This document shows positions 13,572 through 26,417 of a DNA stretch of 64,000 nucleotides, one piece after another (within the stretch, counting starts at the first letter, position 1; each line of letters begins with the position of its first letter). Location: the NCBI GenBank assembly GCA_965153355.1, contig OZ231126.1:1054001-1118000 (forward strand), read 5' to 3'. A program made the translations under genes and the position numbers. The stretch is from Flaccisagitta enflata (Eukaryota). The notes beneath the pieces are model-generated. The model ran no database searches and was not told the DNA's origin. It worked only from the letters and a program-made list of their open reading frames with translations.

Positions 13572-14671
13572 AGGCAATTTCTCCTATAAACCGACCAGCT
13601 GAAAAACATGATTTGGCAAGCAAAAAACAGTTTTCTCCTTCCAATCATTTTGTTGATAATAATAGCTGTTCTGACACATCCCCAGGGACCAAGTGTCTAA
13701 CATACATGCTTCATAATCAAGATTTTGATAGATTAGGTGGCCAAAAGTAGAGCCAAATAAGCCTATTTTCCCTGTCACACTTATGATAGGTGGAACATTA
13801 TCCCTCACTATACCCAAACTGAAGAATATGGAAGAGGGCCTTATGAGCCCTCACTGACTAGTTACTACGCGCATCACTCCTAGTTTTCCATTTAGCAAAA
13901 CTAACTTAGCAAACATCCTTTCTGAGTCTAACCCAAAACACTAATGCTAACCAAAATAGCTAAGGGCAAATGATTGTTACCTTTGTTACCAAAATTCAAC
14001 AAATCACCCGAGGGTTACATTGTTAAGAAACTATACCCTTGAAGGATAGAATCGAGGTCAAGCTTAATGCAACCGCCGGACATTCTAATCCAAGGTTCAT
14101 ATCTACTATGATAAAGACACCAAGAAATTGTCAAGCCTATCCAACTATGGGCCATTTTTGTACCATTACTATCCCTAAAGAAACACCAAAAATTTCATGG
14201 TGATTGGTGGTCATTTACTATGGAAAAAGTTTGCTCATAGTTGATTTGTCAAATATGAAAAAATATTCAATCTTGATATAGAAATATGCTGTACACGAAA
14301 AAGCATACTTTTAAGTGTGATGGAAAATTTCTTTTTTCCCCTGTTTAGTAGAGACATAACCAAGGTTACATGCCAAATTTCAGACCTTCATGTCTGTTTT
14401 CTGGCCAGAATGTGATTTTTATAAAGTGTCTATCTGATTATTCTGTATCACACTATGTCACACCATTTCTCATACAAAGTCATATGATTAAACACAGTTT
14501 AAGAATTTAAATGATTTTTTCAGTGTGACTTGAAAAAGTATCAAATTTTGAGCCTAGAACCCAAATTTCAAACTGATAGATGCAACTATCATTGAATTAT
14601 ATTATTTTTTTCAATGTTAACTCAATCAGGCACTTAATTTTTGCCGGCCCGGTTTATAGGAGAAACTGCCC
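13572..14671. mobile_element. PIF/Harbinger-like non-autonomous element
   Basis: TIR aggcaatttctcctataaaccg / cggtttataggagaaactgccc; flanks CTA/TTA (imperfect TWA TSD). Confidence 0.6.
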
Positions 14672-14699
14672 TTAGTGATTTTGTTGAGCGCTACCCATC

Positions 14700-16167
14700 C
14701 ACTTTTTTTTTATAAGCACCTCGTTTATAAGCACGCCCAGCCTCAGATATTGCGAAAATTTAAGCATATTGCTAAACAAGCTCCAGGCTGAGATTTCTAA
14801 TTTGAAAAAAAAATTTTGGTGAATTTATAAAAGTATGCCAATCTTTAGACATTTTTGCTTGGAATTTCACAAAAACCAATGGAAACTTTGATAGACATTG
14901 AAATTATCAATAATATCAATTTGTCAGTAACTATGGCAAAAAAAAAAACCGAACAACTTTTGAGAGAGCAAAAAAGTATGAAGATTTTGACCAATTTGCA
15001 TAAAATTTACAGTGAATGATAACCATGATATGGACTATGTCTGGTTAAAATTTCATCAAAATCCGTTGAAAACTTTAGCCGTAATCACGTTTTTACTGAA
15101 GTCACCTCTTTTTTGGACTGCCAGAGATGACGTTTATCATAAATCAAAATATTACCATTTTTAGTAAAATTGGCATTGTGCAAAGACAGGAGTTTTGTGC
15201 GATTTTGAACTGTAGTCTAGTGGTAATATTTACTAATACTAGGCAAGAGTGCATCTCTCAGATAAAGTCTAGTGGGGTAGATATTGGTTGATTGTAAGCT
15301 TGCTCAGGATAAGAAATATTCTGCTACCTGTTAGATATTTTTGCAATTTGGGGGGAGGACTAAAAATGCTTCAATATTCACAAAAATTTTACTGGAGATG
15401 AATCATATGTACAAAAGTTTTCAGTTAAAAAATCATGATAATTGGTAAAAAACTCTGGCCTTAGCATCGATTTATATTTCAGGCCTCATCTTCATTTACT
15501 TCATTCTAAAAAACCACACAAAAAGTTTTACAAAACTTGCTGTTTCTGCTAAAATAATTGGAGTTTTGTAATGAAATTTTTATCACAGCCTGCTAACACT
15601 GTAGATTACTTCCACTTTTAATTTCATCAAAATCGGACTAGATTTAGTATGGTTTTTTCAAGTTTGTTTATTAATTCTTAGTAAATTCTTATGTGTGTAC
15701 ATTGAATTTCTGATCTTCTGACAAGCACTTTTAAAAAATCTATAAGTCTCAAACTATTTAGAGCAGGTCATTGATTTTTTCAGTGATGCTTAATAGTACT
15801 AAAAAGTAACTTCAGTAAAAATTTCAGCACACTGGGTGAATTTTCAAAGGATTTATGAGCAATAGAAGTAACTGTTCGGTTTTTTTTTTGCCATAGTTAC
15901 AGTCTGAATTTTGATATTGATAGAAATAATTGAATTTCAAACAATATTTAAGAATATTATTGCTTAGATACTATTATCAAAAAGAATTTACTGTTGTAAA
16001 AAGGACCACCTAAAAAGAATGATATATTATGATACTAAATAACCCATGGTTTATGTGAAAATAGAACAACATCAGTGAGAGATACTGTATATTTTTTGAT
16101 ACAAAATACAATCCTTACCAATAAAGGCGGCTAATCGCCGTAGGAAAAAAGTCGAAAATGCTGAGAG

Positions 16168-16238
<71 letters not shown>

Positions 16239-17026
16239 GACAGACGGACAAACAGACAGACAGACGGACGGACAGACAGATGGACAGATGGACGGACAGA
16301 CAGACAGAGAATGAGACAAAATGAGAGAGAGAGAGAGTGAAAATGCTTGTTTTTCCACTTTTAATTTGATCACTATGGATAGACTGATGTACCAACAGAC
16401 CAACAGATGGACTGATGGACAGATGGACAAAGCCTCTAATAGATTCCACGACTAAAAGAGTGAGAGACTTTGCTGCCAGCATGCACAATCATCATCTGGG
16501 ACAATTTGAAGTTCAAATAGACTTCAATAACTTAATTCCTAATTGTTGGGAAAAATGCAAAAAATGTGAAAAATAAAAAAAAGATTCAGAAAATCATAGC
16601 TCCAAAATTATCAATCGCGCAGAATTCTGCTTGGCGTCATCTGAAAGAGGAGATTTAGCTCTTTCTTAGCTATTAATTTCATGCGTAGTCTCATTCTGCC
16701 CCAAAAATGCAGCAACTTCCTCAAACGGCTCATAAAACAAAGGGAAATCCGTTTTTCTCTGCAGGTCTCAAAGATTCGAAGAAACTTCGTAACTTTGACT
16801 TTTTTCCAAAATCTATTTAATACTATATCTTATTCTATACTATAGAATACTCTATGCTAAACTGTTTTCTATACCCCACTGTGTACGTTATTCTATACTG
16901 AAAGGGATGATTACTTACTGATAAATAATAAGCACGCATTTAAGCACATTTCAGCCACAAAAATGAGATTTTGCTAAGCACGCTCAGCCTCAGCCAAAAA
17001 AAGTGCGTGCTTTTAAAAAAAAAGTG
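14700..17026. mobile_element. MITE family B, copy 2 (hosts family A at 14930-15897)
   Basis: Same ends and body as 10923-11845 (tataagcacctcgtttataagcacgcccagcctcagatattg...gcacgctcagcctcagccaaaaaa). Confidence 0.85.
14930..15897. mobile_element. MITE family A, copy 2 (inverted, inside family B)
   Basis: TA-actatggcaaaa...ttttgccatagt-TA. Has a single TA at the site where copy 1 carries family B. Confidence 0.85.
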
Positions 17027-17508
17027 TATTTTTAGCGTGCCTGACGGAGAAATAGCGTGCCCTGGTTTTGTTTATGTTTTTTATCATGGACTCCATTGAC
17101 ACTACCACTTGTAGTAGCGATACCCTCAAGAGAATGAGCGTTATCGACATAGAGTGATTTAAAACAGAAACCATCAAGCGGTATCATTATAGACTGCATT
17201 AGAAACAAAAAAGTTGAGATTTGCCATATTGCTTGTTAAACATATTTCATTTCTTAAAATGAGCCTAAAAGAATGAAAGAATGAAATAATACAAATTGAT
17301 TAGCAGAAAGAGCTGATTTTTCTCTTTCAAATGGCGCCAACCAGAAGTCCCTACGATCATTGGTTCTGTAGTAATGAATTTTTGAATCTTTTTTTTATTT
17401 TTTCGCTTTTTTGTGATGATCGATATTTTTCATTGATCCTATTTTCCGGACCTTTGAAAAGAGAAAGAAGAGTCGTACATGTAACGCTAGCTTTCGCATT
17501 TTACTCAG

Positions 17509-17622
<114 letters not shown>

Positions 17623-18271
17623 TCATTAAGATTAATCGAGATGTTGGATGATTTGCATATTGCAGTGCTTGATTAAGTCCATTACTCTTTATATCAACTC
17701 TACCTATACGTATACCTATACCTATACCTATACCTGTATAGACAGGTATTACGATAGTCATCATCTGCCATAGGTATCTATAAGTCGCGTGCGAGGCTTT
17801 CATAATTTCTGACTAAGAATTACTTAGAATGACTTAGAACAGCTTGGTTTACTCTTAAATGACTTAACATGACTTAGAGAAATAAAATTGATGAAAAAGT
17901 TAAAGTGTGGCGAACAGACGGACGGACGGACAAAGCGGGATGTAGAGCCGCGTGCACGCGACTAAAAAGAGACTCCTATTTACGACTTTTTTTTTTGGTC
18001 GAAATTTGTGAACAAGTGAATCAGTATATTAATGAATAAATCAATTATCGAATTAATCCATTTATCAATATTGAATAATTGAACGAACTATGGCATTCTG
18101 AGGTGTGACAATCGAGCAGGTTTTTTTGTGATCATTTGACGTAACTCATGTAAGACTGGACTACTGAATCTGATGCCATACGGTGCGTGTGTATCTGGCA
18201 TCTTCCGAAACCGGTCTTTGTGATATTGAAACATGAATCCATTCAATCATTCAATCATTCATTCATTCAAT

Positions 18272-19375
18272 CAACTCAACTTCAACTTCAATTAAACCGG
18301 TCAAGGAAAGCCAATGGCTTGTAGCTCCGGTGCATAAGGTCAGACATCTCCATTCATGCTATCCATTTCTACAGATATCACTTATCCATTTCAATAAAGA
18401 ACATCAATTGGTATAAGATACCAAAAAACTGATTAAAACATTCCACCTTACCATTGCATAAATTGGTATTTTTACCAAAGATTAACCGTCCTGTATCCTG
18501 TAACAGTGTGGTTATTGTAAAAACTCGTATCAATCCGTCTTCATAAGTCGGTCGTCCAATCTGTTCTTGAATGACTCAAGGGAAGGCGCCATCTTTATCT
18601 CTCCTGGGAGAAGATTCCATTTTTGAATCACCCTGTATGAGAGGAAACCGTGTCTCTGTTTTCTGCCATTAACTGCCATCTCTTTCACTAGTCGGGGTCC
18701 ACCTCTTGCTTCTCGGACCTCCCAAAATTGATTTGGATTGATTCTTGTCAATCCTTTGAGCATCTTGAACACTTCAATCATATCACCCCGATCTCGCCTT
18801 TGTTCAAGCGTCATTAGCTCAAGTTTCTTCCTCCTTTCGTCTGAATTAAGTTTTTTCAGTCCATAAACCATGGCTGTTGCCTTTGACTGAACGGCTTCTA
18901 GCAGCTTGGAGTCCGCCGACGATCCAGGTAGGCAGGCGGCCATTCCATAATCCAAGTGTGGGCGGATCCTTTGATTGTATAGGACACAGAAAGCCCTCTT
19001 GTCAATGTACGTAGAGTTTCTCCGAATCCGTGCAATTTCCGCTAGAGCTTTGCATCTGGCCTTGTTCACATGGGTCGAGGTAGACAGATCATCTGTGACC
19101 CAGAAGCCAATATCCTTTTCAACTTTGACCGTTTCAATCAATGATCCATTCATTGTGTATGGCAAATGAGGGTTCTCTTTTCCAATGTGCATCACTTTTG
19201 ATTTTTTGGGATTTATCTCCATTTTCCAATTTTTGGCCCATTGCGCAATGCAGTCAATTCGCTTTTGCAGACATGCTTGATCCTCCTCATTGCATCTCTC
19301 TTCTTTTCTTATTTCTTGGTAGCACTTTGTATCATCGACAAGTAACATAACCAAGGACTGTTCTTCCGGGCTGCA
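18272..19375 (-). mobile_element. 5'-truncated CR1/L2-group LINE (RT C-terminus) in CREC intron 5
   Basis: ORF 18530-19384 has (F)xDDTK, WKMEINPKKSKVMHIG, RPHLDY, LEQRRDRGDMIEVFK, WNLLP. The 3' UTR ends in (ttgaag)n. Inserted in a (CATT)n tract. Confidence 0.9.
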
Positions 19376-19540
19376 TTCATTCATTCATTCATTCATTCAT
19401 TCATTCATTCATTCATTCATTCATTCATTCATTCATTCATTCATTTATTCATTCATTCAATCATTCAATCATTCATTCAATCTTTCACTCATCCTGCTTG
19501 TAAAGTGTAATTCATTTTCTAATTATCTCTCATGTTACAG

Positions 19541-19772
19541 ACATCAGTTGGAGTTGTTCCGTGTTGCTGACGTCGACCATAACAAGGAGTTGTCTTACGA
19601 GGAGTTCAAAGCCTTTTTCCGGCCGGAGGATTATCCTCACACTCAAGAATTGGAGATTAAGAACATCCTCCGTCAGTTTGATACGGACAAAGACGGCGGA
19701 CTCAACTTGAAGGAGTTCATCAAAGCAGAATTGCACGACGACGACGACAAAGAGTGGATCAAGATCGAGACG
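19541..19772 (+). CDS. CREC-family protein, exon 6 (EF-hands 3 and 4)
   Basis: ttacag|HQLELFRVADVDHNKELSYEEFKAFFRPEDYPH...FDTDKDGGLNLKEFI...EWIKIET; donor GTGAGT, phase 0. Confidence 0.93.
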
Positions 19773-20249
19773 GTGAGTGATTATCTAGCAAGAAATTTTA
19801 GGATAAGATTAGGATTAGATTTACAAATTCAATCTTTGCCCGTGCTTCTTTTCTCTATTGGGAAGTAGTTATCTGCATCTCTCTTGATCATGGATGGCCT
19901 CAGAAAAAAAATTTAAGTTCTCATTGTAGACAACCAGTCGAAATTCATTCATTCATTCGTTCATTCTTTCACTGATTCATTCATTCATCGATTCACTGAT
20001 TAACTGATTCATTCATTCATCCATTCAACCATTCATCCATTCATTCATTCATCCATTCATTCACTCCTTCACTTCTTCATTGATTCATCCATTCCTCCAT
20101 CATTCATTCATTCATTCATTCATTCATTCATTCATTCATTCATTCATTTATTCATTCATTCATTCATTTATTCATTCATTTATTCTTTCATTCATTTCTT
20201 CATTCGTTCATCGATTCACTGAATAACTAATTCATTCATTCATCTATTC

Positions 20250-21758
20250 AACATACTTACATACTTACATACTTACTTACATACTTACTTACATAATTAC
20301 ATACTTACATACTTACATACATACATACTTACATATTTACTTATATACTCACATACATACTACATACTTACATACATACTTACTTACATACATACTTACA
20401 TACATACTTACATACTTACTTACATACTTACATACTTACTTACATACATACATACTTACAAACTTACATACTTACTTATAAATTTACAAAAAATACATAC
20501 TTACATACTTACATACTTACATACTTACTTACTTACAAATTTACAAAAAATTTTGTAAAGGTATTTTACAAAATTTTTACAAAATATTAAAAATTTTTAC
20601 AAAATGTTAAAAAAAGGTAAAAATGTTTATAAAAATATGTTAAAAAAATTTTTAATGTTACAAATTTCAAAAAATATTAGAAAATGTTTAAAAATATTCA
20701 AGATGTTAGAAATGTTAGAAATGTTAAAAATGTTAGAAACGTTAAAAATGTTAAAAATGTTATAAATGTTAAAAATATTAAATATGTTATATGTTTACAG
20801 TGTTTAAAGTGTTTCAAGTGACTAAAGTGCTTAAAATGCTTAATATGTTAAAAATATCAAAAATGTTACAAATGTTAAAACTGTTGAAAATGTTGGAAAT
20901 TTTAAAATTGTTTGAAATGTTAAAATATTGAAAATATTGAAAATGTTAAGAATGGTAAAAATGGTAAAATTGTTAAAAGTTTTAAAAAAGTTTAGAATGT
21001 TTAAAGTGTTTAAAATGTTAAAAATGTATAAAAATGTTTAAATGTTATTGATTTTAAAAATGTTAAAAAATGTTTGAAATGTTAAAAAATGTTAAAAAAT
21101 GTAAAAAAATGTTAAAAATGTTAAAATGTTTAATTTATGTTAAAAAATTTTTTAATGTTAGGAATTTCAAAAAATATTAGAAAATGATAAAAAATATTAA
21201 AGATGTTAGAAATGTTAAAAACGATAAAAATGTTATAAATATTAAATATGTTAGAAATGTTAGAAATGTTAGAAAGATTAAAAATGTTTAAAGTGTTTAA
21301 AATGTTTAAAATGTTTAAAATGTTTAAAATGTTTAAAATGTTTAAAATGTTTAAAATGGTAAAGATATTGTGTGTCCCAAAAAAAGTTACATTCTGAACC
21401 AATAACGAGTGTCCAATGAAAAGTTGACAAAATACCCAAAATACCCAAAAATACCCAAAAATACCCAAAAATACCCAAAAAACATAGAAATACCCGTAAA
21501 TACTAAAAAATACTCAAAAGTACCCAAAAATATCTGAAAGTACCCTAAAATACCTTAAATACCTAAAAAAAATTAAGTATCCTAAAGTACCCTGAAGTAC
21601 CCTAAAGTACCCTGAAATACCCCAGAGTACCTTAAAATACCTTAAAAAACCTTAAAAAGTCATAATTTTAACAATGTGACGGACGGACGGACGGACGGAC
21701 CTACCAACCGACCGACCGACACGGTAAGGTGTAGAGTCGCGTGCACGCGACTAAAAAA
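20250..21758. repeat. Compound AT-rich satellite array ending in a HINE-A terminus
   Basis: (TACA/TTAC)n, (aaaatgttt)n and (aaaataccca)n, then (ggac)n and gtagagtcgcgtgcacgcgactaaaaaa. Confidence 0.75.
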
Positions 21759-22006
21759 GATGGTAAAACAGACAAAAAGACAGACAGACTGATTGCTGGA
21801 CATTTAAAGCCTAAGGGACGTTAGAGATTGAAATTGACAGATCATTTCCTTCCATGCACCTTAAAAGTGCAAAGGTTAATACATTTTCTCTCAGAAAAAA
21901 AAAGGAAGAGAGAGAAGAAAACATACCAACACACACTGAAAAATAAATGTTCTTGCATGGTAGCAATCTAATGAACAATTCATGAAGAAATCAAAATTCA
22001 GAGTTT

Positions 22007-22856
22007 ATGAAAGTTGGACAACGTAACTACTCAAACCCTTACTAGCTTAAGGATGAGAGCCTTTGGAGCTCTCAATGGTGTTTAATCCGGACCCATCACA
22101 ACTATCCTTAATAATTTCAAAATCATATCTTAGCCTATACCACAGAACATTCTAACGGGAACTCCCATCAAGACGAAAATTCCATGATTTTCCGCTGTTT
22201 GTGTAATGTGCTGGTGACAAGAAAGAGTATCAGATGAGTGTGCTGAATTGTGTCCCTCTATCCCTCACACCTATCTGATCTTCCCATTGTAAAAAGCTCA
22301 TGACACCCACAACTTCCAATCAGTAATCTTCCCACCAAATAGAAAATCCCATCAAATTACTCCATGTCAACCCCTTAACTCTGAAATAAGTAGCAGTTAT
22401 ACTGAGATTAAGGATCAATATTAACCAAAGGATAATTTAATTACCAAAGGTAACATTGTCAGAAAAACATACCCTTAGAGGTAAGAATCGAGGATCAACC
22501 ATAAAGGGACCGCCGGCATTCCATACCAAGGTACTTATATTTATTGAAGTTGGACAACGTAACTACTCAAACCCTTACTAGCTTAAGGATGAGAGCCTTT
22601 GGAGCTCTCAATGGTGTTTAATCCGGACCCATCACAACTATCCTTAATAATTTCAAAATCATATCTTAGCTTAAACCACAGAACATTCAAACGGGAACTC
22701 CCATCAGTACAAAAATTCCATGATTTTCTGCTGTTTGTGTAATGTGCTGGTGACAAGAAAGAGTATCAGATGAGTGTGCTGAATCGTGTCCCTCGATCCC
22801 TCAAACCTATCTGATCTTCCCATTGTAAAAAGCTCATGACACCCACAACTTCCAAT
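22007..22856. mobile_element. Partially tandem-duplicated DNA transposon fragment
   Basis: aagttggacaacgtaactactcaaaccc... recurs ~538 bp apart with ~310 bp near-identical. The same terminus appears inverted at ~32600-32702 and ~5925-5945. Confidence 0.65.
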
Positions 22857-23239
22857 ATGTTAGTTTTAGGCAAATACAGGGGGGTATAGGGGAGGTGGGT
22901 AAGAGAAGAAATGAAGATCTAGACACAGAATGTGAATGGCTGAGAAAGTAATAAAATTATTCAATCCTATATTAGGTATGATTAGGTCTCATCCCACTTA
23001 TCCAAGAGTATATTAGCAAACAAGAGTATAGTTGCAAACAAGAGAATAATAGCAAACAAGAGTATAGTAGTAATAATTATTTTACACTAAGTTATTGTCT
23101 GTTGGGACACCAAATTTGTCGGGCACTAGTTAGGTGGTGGAAGTCCCAAAAAATCCAGCTCTCCTACGCCGCTGAGTCTACTCCTGCCTAAATGATCAAT
23201 TTTAGTAAAACTGTTGTAATTTTTGAATAAATGAAGCTA

Positions 23240-23843
23240 CTACCCGAATTTAAAAAAACGCAAGTTTGTCATCAAAGAGCTTAAATTGGATTTTATTTAT
23301 GTACTGAGCAGCTTTTTGCAAGATAGTTTGGTTTTTTGAGTTTTTGTGCATCATTTCAAAGAGTTTAGGCCATCAGAATCAAGTTGATGCAGAGAAATAG
23401 CCGTGCAAAAATGACATGTACTTGACATATTTTTCGCCTTTGATTTTCAGTTTGATCCATGTTGATTTTAAAGGTTTTATGACATTCAATTAAAGTCAGT
23501 GCTTCATTTTTCATCATAGACATTGAGGAACTCAAATATAGGAACTATAAAAGCAGACAGCATGGGTAGAACAATGCCCGATTGCTCATAGCAGTGCAAT
23601 TACTCCATCATCTTCACCCCTAAAACATCCTTTTTTTCCCTCTTACTGCATTTTTAAATTTTGACTCCTGCACCTTCATTTGAGTGTAATTTCTAAACGA
23701 ATAAAGCTACAGATGTGGGATTGCGCTCAAAAGAAAGCCCTCCAAAAAAGCTTTAATTTGGTCACCAATAAATCATATCTCAAGTGAACCAAAGGCGCAA
23801 AAATCACCTATAGAAAAACTTGCGTTTTTTTTAATTCGCGTAG
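23240..23843. mobile_element. TA-flanked MITE
   Basis: ctacccgaatttaaaaaaacgcaagttt / aaacttgcgtttttt...aattcgcgtag inverted ends. Confidence 0.65.
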
Positions 23844-24736
23844 TAGTAACTCCAGAAACAGCTCAAATGACAGATTTTTCAAGGGCTTTCTCAATGTCAT
23901 AGATATTGATAGGTTTTCTCTTGATTAAAACTTTTTATGAATGACAAAAGAAAGAGTTTTTTCATCACACAAATTTAGAAAATGAGGGATCTTTTTTCCC
24001 TCTAATAATATCCATGTTTGAAAAGAGGGAAGTAAATAAAATCGGTGACCATCTGAAAGATCTTCAAAAGATCTTTCATTCTAGACCAATCCCAAATGAA
24101 AGCTCTTTTGAATATCTTTCAAATGATCTATGATATCAATTGATTTCCTGTACTGAAACGGAAAAAAATCAAATAAAAAAAGGTTCTTTTTTATATTTTT
24201 TGAAGAATTCACTGTTCATACACAGATTCTGACACCACATCTTCATTTTACAATAAAACCAAAAAGAATTAGTGTAAACTCATGGGATTTGTGGCATTGG
24301 TTTCATTTGATGGTACTCTTTCCATATCTCACAAAGAAAATATCAAAAAGTAATTTTTTTCATGAGAAATATCTTATAGAACTGCTGTTTCCTTTTTTAT
24401 AATACGCAGTGTAAATGTTATGGTTTTATAAGTGCAGATACAAAAAAGGTGAGAGGGAAGATAAAGACAAAGACAGAGAGGAGAGAAGGAATTATGGTAC
24501 AACAAAAACGAACCTGAACAAGAACCAGAAGAGACAGGTGAAAGACAATGGAATGGAATGGAATAAAGTAGAATAGAATAGAACTTGATACTTTTTGTAC
24601 TCTGAATTTATTGCATCAGCACTACAAAAAGCTAACAAATTGCGAACAATTTTGATGATTTCTTTTCACACTCCCTTCAAGAGAAAATAAAATTCTTCAT
24701 TTGGGTATTACACATATGTATTTGCAGAAAGAAATC

Positions 24737-24781
24737 CACATAATATTTCGATAAGCTTTGGCTGACCATCATTCAGCTGTG
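24737..24781 (-). ncRNA. Second, more degenerate hammerhead-like copy in the left palindrome arm
   Basis: Reverse complement of 25507-25551 with one mismatch in stem I and one in stem II. Confidence 0.4.
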
Positions 24782-25506
24782 AGACAGAATGAATCTCAGA
24801 CAGAGAGACTGAACACATAGGCATCAAATAGAAGCCTTGGTCAGATGGAAATGACCAAAAACATCCATGAAAGGGAAGTAATCCCCCCTCCCCTCTCCCC
24901 CAATAAAGGTGTCAGGGATAAATATAAACAATGGTTATGATGGATTATTGTTTCCCATCTTCTGACAAAGTTGAATCAGGAGAGGGTCCCATTGTTTGGT
25001 ATAGATGCGTCTACCCTCATCCTCATTGAATCCGTTGCCTGGGCCCGTTTGATGGAGTTTGATCATGAGAGATTCCATATAGTCGAGTTTGAAGTCCGCT
25101 TGGCGCTTGGAGCGTGCGTTGACTCTGGTGAGGATGGTCGGGTTGTCGGGTTGTCCTCACCAGAGTCAACGCACGCTCCAAACGCCAAGCGAACTTCAAA
25201 CTCGACTATATGAAATCTCTCATGATCAAACTCCATCAAACGGGCCCAGGCAACGGATTCAATGAGGATGAGGGTAGACGCATCTATACCAAACAATGGG
25301 ACCCTCTCCCGATTCAACTTCGTCAGAAGATGGGAAACAATAATCCATCATAACCATTGTTTATATTTATCCCTGACACCTTTATTGGGGGAGAGGGGAG
25401 GGGGGATTAATTCCCTTTCATGGATGTTTTTGGTCATTTCCATCTGACCAAGGCTTCTATTTGATGCCTATGTGTTCAGTCTCTCTGTCTGAGATTCATT
25501 CTGTCT

Positions 25507-25551
25507 CACAGCTGAATGATGGTAAGCCAAAGCTTATCGAAATATTCTGTG
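25507..25551 (+). ncRNA. Putative minimal type I hammerhead ribozyme (PLE-associated)
   Basis: cacag-CTGAATGA-t-ggtaagc-caaa-gcttatc-GAAATATT-ctgtg: stem I cacag/ctgtg, 7-bp stem II, palindromic minimal stem III. Core has one extra nt versus CUGANGA. Confidence 0.55.
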
Positions 25552-26024
25552 GATTTCTTTCTGCAAATACATATGTGTAATACCCAAATGAAGAATTCTA
25601 TTTTCTCATCTAACTCACCATATGTGCAATGACTTTAAAGCAACACTCCCTTCAAGTCACCTTGTTTTGATTGATTGTACTGTATCTCCATTGATGAGCA
25701 GCAAATAACATTCGGTCTTTCTTTGCTCAACTTCTCTCCTACACCAATAATACATGCTTAAATCTTTTCTTATTATTGCCATTTCTTACGTTTGTTAAAA
25801 CCTGTCTATTCTCTACAGTCTACTCAGTGTTTCTTTGCAGTTTCCTAGGTCCAAATGATTGACTCTGCCACTCTTGTTAATTAGATGACGAGCTAGGATA
25901 CTGACCATAACGGGCATAAGACGTTGATGTCGGCTCATCACAAGTGAAACCGACTTTGGAAATGTCCAGTGAATATTCTTTCTGTCTCGTGCGGCACGAG
26001 TCGTCCTCTACATTTAATCCTTAA

Positions 26025-26417
26025 CCCCTCGACGCGATGAGCAAACCCCCCCTTCCCCCCTCTGCGACGCGATATACAACCGCCCCCCTCCCGCGACGCG
26101 ATAAGCCACCGCCCCCCCCCTCCCGCGACGCGATAAGCAACCGCCCCCCTCCCGCACCACAATAAGCAACCGCCCCCCTCTCCCGCGATACAATAAGCAA
26201 CCACCCACTCCCCTCCTCGACGCGATAAGCAACCGCTTCCCCTTCCGCACCGCGATCAGCAACCTCCCCCCTCCCCTCCCGCACCACAATAAGCAACCGC
26301 CCCCCCTCCCGCGATACTATAAGCAACCGCCCCCCCTCCTGCGACGCAATTAGCAACCACCCCCCCTTCCGCACCGCGATAAGCAACATCCCCCCCCCCT
26401 CCCGCGTCACGATAACC
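26025..26417. repeat. GC-rich ~33-39-bp minisatellite
   Basis: About 12 units of cccgcgacgcgataagcaaccgccccccct. Confidence 0.85.

Larger units (their letters stand above)
24682..25642. mobile_element. Penelope-like retroelement 3' fragment in inverted (palindromic) configuration
   Basis: 454-bp arms (24681-25134 / 25154-25607) with a 19-bp spacer. Frame 25135-25353 reads WSGCRVVLTRVNARSKRQANFKLDYM(K/E)SLMIKLHQ...FNEDEGRRIYTKQWDPL, like a PLE GIY-YIG C-terminus. A 14-bp direct repeat acactcccttcaag flanks it (24668-24681, 25643-25656). Confidence 0.7.

Noticed and set aside
19795-19822. TTAGG-like telomeric seed
   Set aside because: Only two or three imperfect units; compatible with chance.
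24971-25317. Twin ORFs MNQERVPLFG.../MNRERVPLFG... on opposite strands
   Set aside because: A consequence of the palindrome; the meaningful frame is the PLE-like one on the other strand of each arm.
25885-25904. ag|AT GAC GAG CTA as a possible HDEL-encoding final CREC exon
   Set aside because: It continues GGA TAC TGA (HDELGY*), the acceptor is weak, and the intervening EF-hand exons are absent.
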